50,228 nucleotides of DNA from a virus. The stretch lies in the IMG/VR virus record IMGVR_UViG_3300037808_001410; one strand, given 5' to 3'. The notes under the pieces are model-generated. The model ran no database searches. It was not told the DNA's origin and saw only the letters and a list, made by a program, of their open reading frames with translations. How positions within the stretch are numbered: position 1 is the stretch's first letter; every line of letters begins with the position of its first letter. Positions 13,961 through 21,117 of this stretch are shown here, in pieces. The position numbers and the translations under genes are program-made.

Positions 13961-14042
13961 GGGATTGGGGGGTGGAGGGGGGTTAGGGGGGAGGGGGATT
14001 GTAAGGGGGAGGGGGGGAAGGGGAGAGGAGGGGGGAAAGGGG
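13961..14042 (-). promoter_or_regulatory. Extreme strand-asymmetric tract: G-runs on + and C-runs on -. Candidate Rho rut site and insulator, or G-quadruplex/i-motif-prone DNA
   Basis: 82 nt consisting almost entirely of G3-G7 runs separated by 1-4 nt (gggattggggggtggaggggggttaggggggaggggg...). The minus-sense RNA would be C-rich with no G by eye. It lies between the last late gene (stop 14072) and the early promoter. Confidence 0.5.
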
Positions 14043-14071
14043 TTGACATGACTATCAGTCTCATGGCATTG

Positions 14072-14587
14072 TCAGGCAAGGTTCCTGTATCCCAAGTCGG
14101 GTGTCCAGACCAGGAACCGAGCCTTCGGCGGCAAGACCTCAATGGCCTCCAGGGCGAACAGGACAGTCCTTGGGTTGGAGAGGTGGACGAACCTGTTGGA
14201 CGGGTAAGCAATTGCCTGACCCACTGGAATCCCCTCGGCCATGATCCAGGCGATCAGGTGCAAGGGGTCGATACCGTGGAAGGTGATGTCGGCAGCCCCA
14301 ACTCCATAGGGATGGACATGGTTGGCGTAGAAGTGGTCGGACCTCTTTGAGGGCTTGCTCTTGTTCGTGCCTTCTCGGTCCTTGACCATCGCATCATAGA
14401 CTGCCCAGGACCGTGCCCCAGAGGTCACCCGGACTGGCCGTCCCTCATTGACCCTGACAGGCTCAAGAATGTCGAGGGCGAGTCTCTCGGCAAGGTAATA
14501 CCCCACCGAGGACAGCTTGACCTGGAACTTCTTCCTCCCGACCGACGCCTTCGTGAACTCATGTAGGCCAAAATGTGGGGAGAGCAT
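14072..14587 (-). CDS. Peptidase M15-family (D-Ala-D-Ala carboxypeptidase-like) cell-wall hydrolase (171 aa)
   Basis: ORF track. AAGGAG lies upstream. Features are FGLHEFTK..., TSGARS, HPYGVGAADI and a late FVHL, which gives the H..D / H zinc-ligand order typical of Peptidase_M15_3 as I remember it. Confidence 0.7.
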   Translation of the reverse strand: MLSPHFGLHEFTKASVGRKKFQVKLSSVGYYLAERLALDILEPVRVNEGRPVRVTSGARSWAVYDAMVKDREGTNKSKPSKRSDHFYANHVHPYGVGAADITFHGIDPLHLIAWIMAEGIPVGQAIAYPSNRFVHLSNPRTVLFALEAIEVLPPKARFLVWTPDLGYRNLA

Positions 14588-14596
14588 GTGGCTCCT

Positions 14597-15640
14597 TTAC
14601 CCGGTGATGACCACAGTGGTGACGCCCCCTCCACCAGCATCGGCAGACTGATGAGCGCCGATGTCCATGCCAGGGGAACTCGACCCACTGCCATCATACC
14701 CGGCGTTCCTGGCAGCGGAGCTTGCCCCAAGGGTGTAGTCGCTACCCTCTGCCGTGAACCCAGGCGCATCTGTGATGTCTGTGGCCTGGGCATCCGTCTC
14801 CCAGTTGACATACTGGTTTGTGTTCCCGTTGATGAGATTGTTCCGGCCAATGGCAAACCCATTGCATGGGGTCGCATCTCCGTTGATCCCATTCACGCAG
14901 TCGTAGATGATGGTATTGACGAGGACATGGGTAAAGTCTGAGTAGCCCGAGAAGTCCACGCCGGAGCCAGTGTCCTTGCTGTCACCATCAACGGTGCAGT
15001 TGATCGCAGTGCCACCACGCCTGACCTGGAGGCCGATGCTTGCGTTGGAGTTCGCCATCACGCCGAAGGCAACACCACTGTACCCAGGACACCGGACTCC
15101 ATACCCGCCATTGCCGCTGATATCTCCACCGATGACCTTGATATCGTTCTCGGCATAGATGCCATCACTGGAATTGCCCGTGGCCACGCAATCGACAAAG
15201 CTGGTGAACCCCCCAGTGTCGAACCCACGGATTCCGCAATTCAGGGCTTGGCAGTTTTCGAACATGATGAGGTACCGGCTGGAGAGGTTCCACCCGTCAT
15301 AGTCGGCGTTCTCCACCGTGATGTTCCTGAAGGCATAATACTGGTAGGTCGAGGTGGTGTAGAAGATGCCATTATTCAGGCCCGTGGCGTCGATGGTCGC
15401 CATGCCGCCGTCGCCGGGGGTTGATGTGTAACCCTCGATGATGACCGAGGCGGATGCCGTGCCAGCGGTGTCGATGGTCGCCATCTCGGTATAATCGCCG
15501 GAGGCCTTGACGTAGATGTGATCACCAGCGGAGAGGGTGTTCATGGCGTGGTCGATGGTGGCCCAAGCGTTGCCAGCACCTTCACTGGTGCCAGCGTTCC
15601 CATCGTTCCCGACAGCAGTGTCAACGTAGTAGGTGGCCAT
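14597..15640 (-). CDS. Right-handed beta-helix (pectate-lyase-fold) tail spike or depolymerase-like protein (347 aa)
   Basis: ORF track. The N-terminus YYVDTAVGNDGNAGTSEGAGNAWATIDHAMNTLSAGDHIYVKASGDYTE is followed by Gly/Asn-rich periodic repeats. Confidence 0.75.
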   Translation of the reverse strand: MATYYVDTAVGNDGNAGTSEGAGNAWATIDHAMNTLSAGDHIYVKASGDYTEMATIDTAGTASASVIIEGYTSTPGDGGMATIDATGLNNGIFYTTSTYQYYAFRNITVENADYDGWNLSSRYLIMFENCQALNCGIRGFDTGGFTSFVDCVATGNSSDGIYAENDIKVIGGDISGNGGYGVRCPGYSGVAFGVMANSNASIGLQVRRGGTAINCTVDGDSKDTGSGVDFSGYSDFTHVLVNTIIYDCVNGINGDATPCNGFAIGRNNLINGNTNQYVNWETDAQATDITDAPGFTAEGSDYTLGASSAARNAGYDGSGSSSPGMDIGAHQSADAGGGGVTTVVITG

Positions 15641-16029
15641 TATTCCTCCGGGTCGATCCCGTCTTCAGACGGCACGGCGTAGTAGTTGTAGATCCCGGGG
15701 CCGATCTGGTGGCCATAGCAAAGGTTGGCTTTGATCTCCACCGTGATGGTCTCGGCACCGATTACAATGTCCTCGGAGTTGGTGACAACGTTCCTGCGAA
15801 CAATCGCTCTGTTGCACTTGGTCATGGTGCTGCCAGGAGGGACTTCGCAGTTCACCAGATTGCAGCGAGTGAAGGTCCTGGGTGTGTCATCACCAGGGAA
15901 GACACGGACACCGATGTAATCAGCGCCATCGAGGACAGGTTGTGGATGCGCGAAATTGCAATTGGTGAACTCGGTCTCACCGCCGACATCTGGATCGGTC
16001 TCACCGAAGAAGTTCTTCTCAGTGATCAT
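15640..16029 (-). CDS. Hypothetical tail-associated protein (129 aa)
   Basis: ORF track. Coupled start and stop codons (TAATG, ATGA). It carries repeated (F)T.CN motifs. Confidence 0.6.
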   Translation of the reverse strand: MITEKNFFGETDPDVGGETEFTNCNFAHPQPVLDGADYIGVRVFPGDDTPRTFTRCNLVNCEVPPGSTMTKCNRAIVRRNVVTNSEDIVIGAETITVEIKANLCYGHQIGPGIYNYYAVPSEDGIDPEE

Positions 16030-16241
16030 ATCTGTATCCCCGCCCTATCGGCAAAATTGCCGACCTGTTTTGCAATCTTCACGAACTCCCGAAGTAGGGG
16101 GTCACGCTGGTACAGCCATCGCAATTGCTCCTCGGTCATCCGGCTCATGATCGGGTGGTACCGGTCCTTGAAGTTGGTATAGATGGACTGTAGGTCTTCC
16201 AGGGCCGCAACATACTGTCGGTGGTCTGGGTTGATGATCAT
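16026..16241 (-). CDS. Hypothetical protein (71 aa)
   Basis: ORF track. Lies between the fibre genes and is coupled to the downstream gene. Confidence 0.55.
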   Translation of the reverse strand: MIINPDHRQYVAALEDLQSIYTNFKDRYHPIMSRMTEEQLRWLYQRDPLLREFVKIAKQVGNFADRAGIQI

Positions 16242-16243
16242 CC

Positions 16244-17137
16244 CTAAGCCTCCTCAAAGCTGATCTGAATTCGGAGTTTCGTCGGTGTACCGGACACTGC
16301 ACTCGCAACGTATTCCAGGCCAGCGTGAGCGGCCAGGGAGGCATTGGCGAAGCTGGTGTCCACCGAGTTGGTGCTGCTAGATTGCTCGTCGGAGGCGTAG
16401 ACATCGGTGCCAGCCGTGAAGGGTGTGGCCTCGGCCCTCTCCTCCAGGTTCCAGTCAACCGTCCCGGTATCAGTGATGTGGGTGATCCTGGTGATCGTGC
16501 AAGCGAAGGGTACCGAGAAGACCGGCCATGTGTCTGTGGCACTGAGGCCGTCGCCGTTCTCGATGTGGATGATCTTCTTGTACTTCTGCTTCATCACCGC
16601 GCCAGCCGCAGCGACATTCGTGGCATCGGTCACATCGGCGGCAGCCTCGATGCCATCGAGCTTGGAGCCATCGGTGGCAACATCCCTGCCATCCACCGTG
16701 CCGGAGAGGGTGATGTTCACGATGCCGGATAGGCTGTCAGCGTCATTCAATATCACGCCACTGTCCTGGATGATCTTCCCGTTGGTCCCGTTGAATCTGG
16801 TCAGAGCATTGTCGGTCCCGGAGGCAGCGCCGGTCACCTTTGCGTCGATCTCGGTGCTGATCTTGGAGGCACTGTAAAGCTCGGTTGAACTGGTCCCGCC
16901 ATCGTTGATGATCCGGTGTTCCCCGGCAGCGAAGTTCGTCAGTGCATTGTGGTCGATGCTCCCGTGCTGGACCTTCTTCTTGCTGTTGGAGTCGGCAGAA
17001 TCTTCGATGATGAAGAGGTCGGCGGCAATCGGGGTGGCCTTCTCGGTGAGGGCAGAGATCTCGGCGGCGGTGGCCTTGTGGATGGCGGTTGTATCGACGC
17101 CACCCGAACTGCTCGTACTGGTAAAGCCTTGGGCCAT
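16244..17137 (-). CDS. Tail fibre-like protein (297 aa)
   Basis: ORF track. The protein is Ser/Thr/Gly/Ala-rich. The motif TEKATPIAADLFIIEDSADSNSKKKV is one I have seen in phage fibre proteins. The position is within the tail module. Confidence 0.6.
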   Translation of the reverse strand: MAQGFTSTSSSGGVDTTAIHKATAAEISALTEKATPIAADLFIIEDSADSNSKKKVQHGSIDHNALTNFAAGEHRIINDGGTSSTELYSASKISTEIDAKVTGAASGTDNALTRFNGTNGKIIQDSGVILNDADSLSGIVNITLSGTVDGRDVATDGSKLDGIEAAADVTDATNVAAAGAVMKQKYKKIIHIENGDGLSATDTWPVFSVPFACTITRITHITDTGTVDWNLEERAEATPFTAGTDVYASDEQSSSTNSVDTSFANASLAAHAGLEYVASAVSGTPTKLRIQISFEEA

Positions 17138-17466
17138 CAGGTGACCTCCGATCCGAAGAGTTGGAATGTGAGGTTCCCCGAAGAGGCATAGACCCTGAAC
17201 TCATCGGTCTCGCCAGCGGTAAGCCCTCCTGTGAGAATGAAGGTGTCATTCCCGGGGATCGTGACATCGTAGTAGAGGTAATCGGTGATGCCGGTAGCGT
17301 CACCATCCTCTGCAATGGACACCCTGAACGTGGAAGAGGTTGCGCCACGGTTGCAGACCACCAGCGATGAGATGACGACCGAGGTGGAGGCCGGTACCGT
17401 GTAGATGGTGGTCTCGGTGGTCGCCAGTGGGACTACCTGACAGAGGATCTTGTAGGTGTCGGCCAT
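17137..17466 (-). CDS. Hypothetical tail protein (109 aa)
   Basis: ORF track 17137..17541. ATG 17466 lies 1 nt after the upstream stop (TAGGATG). Confidence 0.6.
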   Translation of the reverse strand: MADTYKILCQVVPLATTETTIYTVPASTSVVISSLVVCNRGATSSTFRVSIAEDGDATGITDYLYYDVTIPGNDTFILTGGLTAGETDEFRVYASSGNLTFQLFGSEVT

Positions 17467-17467
17467 C

Positions 17468-20400
17468 CTAGCCTCCCATGAGCAAGAAGATGGAGGAAGT
17501 GCTTGCGGCAGAATCTGCCCTTGGATCGACCCCCATACCACTCAAGGTTATCTCATTATGAGGGGCCGGGAAGTCTGTCCAAAGAGTCCCGGTGTGAACG
17601 CCAGAGGAAGTCGGCCAGAAGGAGACCTCGATAGAGTCCGTGCCGCTACCGGCCTCTACATACATCTGATACTGTGGAACTTTGTTTTTGTCTGCCGAGG
17701 TAATGGAGAAAGCGTTCTTGCTGCTGTCATTGGTGAGGGATACCACGGAAGACAGTGCTGGAGACCCCGACGGCGAGGTGTTGGAGACTATCCAGGTCTC
17801 CTGAGACCCCCTGCCCATATCGGTAGGGTTGAAGTCTATGCTGGTTAGCCCCCTGGGGCTTGGTGCCCAGCCGGTTCCATTTATCGGAATGATGCCATGG
17901 TCGCCACCGGAGAAGGTGATGTATCCGGTGAAGGTACCCACGCCGGTCGGGGTGAATGCAACTACCGGCCTTACGGTTTCGTAATGACGGAGGTCGTAGA
18001 TCCCACTGCCCCAATCCAGGGAGAATTCAGGATCTCCAGATATGAGCGTGGTGCCGGTAAGGTTGCCCCAGCCAATATTGTAGAGGAGGCCTTCAGAATG
18101 GACAGTCGTGCTGACAGGGGCAGTCATGACAATGTTCGCTGGGATGGTCAAGGGTGCAGGGTCATCGGTCACAGGGTCATAGACGCCTGGTTCGGCACCA
18201 GCACTGACACCAGAGATCTCCATGGTGCCAGCGATGATGTTCATGGAAAATCCGGTCACCCAGTAGAACCCGCTGACACCGGCCTCTGCGTCGGTGAAGT
18301 AGAACCCGCTGCCAATTCGCATGAAGTATTCGTTGCTGTCATCCCAGAAGGCATCGATGGTTGTCGAGAAGGAGATGCTGGAATGAAGGGTGCCATACAG
18401 GGCGTTGATATCATCAGAGATCCCCTGGACCCAGGTTGTGTCGTCTGGGTCCGACCCTACATCAAAGACCAACCCTTGCCCGGACCCGAAACGCTTCGGC
18501 TTTGTCCTGAACCCTGTAGGCGTTAAGGAGGACTTCACCGACCGAGACTCTGTGTTGATCACGCCGGTCGGCATGAAGCCTGGGGACTCCAGGTCTATGG
18601 TCTCCTCGTACAGGGCTCTGTACCTGTATTCGACATGTTCGACAACCTTCCAGTCATGCCAATCGTATTCGACACCCCAGACGTTCCTGGTTGTCTGGTC
18701 CCCAGGCAACGGTGTGTCGCCACTCAGGTCGGCAGAGAAAGTCCAATTGTTATCCCCGGCTCCAGGGCTACCGTTCTGGCACCAGACATCAACCCCGCCC
18801 CAGGGGGTGGAGAACACATAGAAGCCCAGGCCGCGACACAAAGTCTCTATGGGCTTCTTCCAGGCCTCCTTGGGGGTGATGTCAGCCTCGGTTAGTCCGA
18901 CACGCACACCACGTTGGTCCTGGAACTTAGAAGACCCGGGCCATCGGTTGGCGTCCCGCTGGTAATACTGTTGACCAACCCAGGAATAAGAATTGTCATA
19001 GGAGCCTGTGGTCAGGGTGTGAGCGCCATCGGGCCAGAACAGGTCCTCACCGGTTATCCCAGAGGAGACCCCAGTGTCGATGTCGAAGGTGGGAGGCCTA
19101 CCGTACCTCCACACCTTGGAGAGGACAGAGTATATAAGCTGGCATGGCTCGTCCCTGGTGGACACCACAGCCGACCCTGGCCACACCATGCCGCTGATGC
19201 CAGTTAACCAGCGTTGCCCGGGGCAATAGGCGACTCTCAGCCATGGTGAATCCTTGTCACCGCTGGGCCAGCTTGTTGCAACATCGCCTGGGCCTTGCCT
19301 TACATCCGGCCAGAGCGACTGGTTCTCCTCCTTGAGGTCCATGAATGTGGCCGCGTAGGAGATCCAGCCATGGGCATCGTCCACCCACGCGCCATTCTCT
19401 TTCTTAACCTTCCAGGGGTAGTAGTCGTATGCATGATGGCTGTAGCTGTGGTTGCCCCCAGGGTCCCAACCCATGTGGGGGCAAACATTGTTGTTGAGCC
19501 CAGCGGCCTGCCTGATGCCGAACAGCCGCCAGTTATTGAACCGTGCGCCAGAAATCGGATTACCCTCGGAGAGGGAGGGCCTCTCAATCCTGTCCGGGAG
19601 GAAGATCGGATGTGTTACCCCGTCATTGCCATCTCCAACCGGCGTGTCCTCCTGGAAATGCACCTTCCAGACATCAGCGCCACGGGGCTTCCTGGAACCC
19701 TTGGAGGGGGATGGCCCAGACCATGCGGAGCAGCCCCCACTGACGAGCGCCGTAGCGCCTTGGTTTACTAGGCCGAGTGGTGGCGTCTGCCCTGTGCCAT
19801 CAACGTACTTGATTGCTGGTGGGGTGATGCAGTAGTAGATCTCATTCAGGTAGGCGGTCTGGGTCCCGTAAGGAGGGTCGGAGGTGAAGGGGTGATAGGC
19901 ACCAAACCAATTCAGGCCGCTCTGGACATCGGTGTCCCAGGTCCCGCTGATGGTATGCCCCTGGGTCTTAACGACAACGAGTGATCGGTTGTCATCGACG
20001 CAGGTGTAGGCGTATGGCGTGTTGCCTTCCCTGTTGCATATCCGGGGTCCACCAGAGCTAGTGTCAGTGTACCACCAGTCGTTAACGTCCTCTTCTATCC
20101 AGACAGAGTATGTCTTCGGCCAGTTCGCATCGTAGTTTGTTAGGTCGGCATCTTCCCACCGCTCAGAATCCTCGATCTGGTCATTGAGGATGAAGTTTCC
20201 TTGACCGGGGTCGCGGCCCTTGAAGGTCTTGGGGCTTGAGACGTACCTGTCGGGAGTGAGGGCATACCAATCATCAGGAGCCTCGTTGTCCATGGACCAT
20301 TCGAAGTGGTGGTGCGCCGTGATCTCTACGGTACTGTCTTCCTCGTATTTGATCTCGGTGATGCGACCGACAAACAAGGTTCTCATCCCAAAGGAGCCGT

Positions 20401-20731
20401 CATCGAAGTCGGCATCCCCGAACCGGACATACACGACAAGATCGTCACCGATCTGGTCTTTGGTGAGGGTCGTGGTGAAATAGTCGGTCTTCTTGGTGAA
20501 GACGAAGGAGGTGTCTTTGCCTTTGCCGAGGCCTCCGAATTTCTCAAAATCGATAGACCATGCAAAGTCATCGCACGACAGCAATTCCTCATGGTCAGTT
20601 ATCCGACTGAGAGCCCCGCCCTCGTAGGGGCGGGTGTAGATCCAGATATTGGCTGGGCCGACAGAGGTTGACCTGGAAGAGAAGTGGTCGAGCCAGCCCT
20701 GTGGGACCTGAATCCATCTGTCAGTGGCCAT
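17468..20731 (-). CDS. Large distal-tail, tip or host-recognition protein (1087 aa)
   Basis: ORF track. It is the largest ORF, lies 2 genes after the tape measure, and is Trp/Gly/Asp/Thr-rich. Confidence 0.7.
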   Translation of the reverse strand: MATDRWIQVPQGWLDHFSSRSTSVGPANIWIYTRPYEGGALSRITDHEELLSCDDFAWSIDFEKFGGLGKGKDTSFVFTKKTDYFTTTLTKDQIGDDLVVYVRFGDADFDDGSFGMRTLFVGRITEIKYEEDSTVEITAHHHFEWSMDNEAPDDWYALTPDRYVSSPKTFKGRDPGQGNFILNDQIEDSERWEDADLTNYDANWPKTYSVWIEEDVNDWWYTDTSSGGPRICNREGNTPYAYTCVDDNRSLVVVKTQGHTISGTWDTDVQSGLNWFGAYHPFTSDPPYGTQTAYLNEIYYCITPPAIKYVDGTGQTPPLGLVNQGATALVSGGCSAWSGPSPSKGSRKPRGADVWKVHFQEDTPVGDGNDGVTHPIFLPDRIERPSLSEGNPISGARFNNWRLFGIRQAAGLNNNVCPHMGWDPGGNHSYSHHAYDYYPWKVKKENGAWVDDAHGWISYAATFMDLKEENQSLWPDVRQGPGDVATSWPSGDKDSPWLRVAYCPGQRWLTGISGMVWPGSAVVSTRDEPCQLIYSVLSKVWRYGRPPTFDIDTGVSSGITGEDLFWPDGAHTLTTGSYDNSYSWVGQQYYQRDANRWPGSSKFQDQRGVRVGLTEADITPKEAWKKPIETLCRGLGFYVFSTPWGGVDVWCQNGSPGAGDNNWTFSADLSGDTPLPGDQTTRNVWGVEYDWHDWKVVEHVEYRYRALYEETIDLESPGFMPTGVINTESRSVKSSLTPTGFRTKPKRFGSGQGLVFDVGSDPDDTTWVQGISDDINALYGTLHSSISFSTTIDAFWDDSNEYFMRIGSGFYFTDAEAGVSGFYWVTGFSMNIIAGTMEISGVSAGAEPGVYDPVTDDPAPLTIPANIVMTAPVSTTVHSEGLLYNIGWGNLTGTTLISGDPEFSLDWGSGIYDLRHYETVRPVVAFTPTGVGTFTGYITFSGGDHGIIPINGTGWAPSPRGLTSIDFNPTDMGRGSQETWIVSNTSPSGSPALSSVVSLTNDSSKNAFSITSADKNKVPQYQMYVEAGSGTDSIEVSFWPTSSGVHTGTLWTDFPAPHNEITLSGMGVDPRADSAASTSSIFLLMGG

Positions 20732-21117
20732 CAGATCTCCTCAAGGGTCGCCGTGAGAGCATACATGCACCCTCTCTGGGGGACAGGCTTAAACTCTTTC
20801 TCCCTCCAGAGGACATCGTACCAAGTGCTGGAGGAGGGGGTGACAGTATTGTAAGCGGGGGAGAATTGGAAAAGCCTGGAGGTCCACCAATCCCTGATGA
20901 CGAGAATCTCCGCTTCGGTGAGGTACTTCCATTGCAACTTCCACAGATACTTGTCCCCGTGATGGACGATGCCCATGACAATGCCCATGCGCCTGTGTAC
21001 GTCAGTGTGGGCAACGCCCCAGGTCAGGCCTGAAGGGGCGGCAGTAGGGTGATGGGGGTCAGCCCATTGTTCCCAGGCTCCAGAGGTTTCAGCAGTGTCC
21101 CAGGCACCGATAGGCAT
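20731..21117 (-). CDS. Minor tail protein (128 aa)
   Basis: ORF track. It lies immediately downstream of the tape measure gene with coupled start and stop (TAATG). Confidence 0.6.
   Translation of the reverse strand: MPIGAWDTAETSGAWEQWADPHHPTAAPSGLTWGVAHTDVHRRMGIVMGIVHHGDKYLWKLQWKYLTEAEILVIRDWWTSRLFQFSPAYNTVTPSSSTWYDVLWREKEFKPVPQRGCMYALTATLEEI

Noticed and set aside
13703-14350. + strand ORFs (13703..14350 and 13755..14051) reading through the G-run tract as poly-Gly/Arg
   Set aside because: The Gly/Arg strings are a by-product of the G-runs. These ORFs are antisense to the M15 peptidase gene and to the early promoter region.
16102-17348. Alternative-frame minus ORFs 16102..16542 and 16743..17348, and the + strand ORFs over the fibre genes
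   Set aside because: These are Pro/Arg-rich off-frame shadows of the Ser/Thr/Gly-rich fibre gene. The in-frame fibre ORF is coupled to its neighbours.
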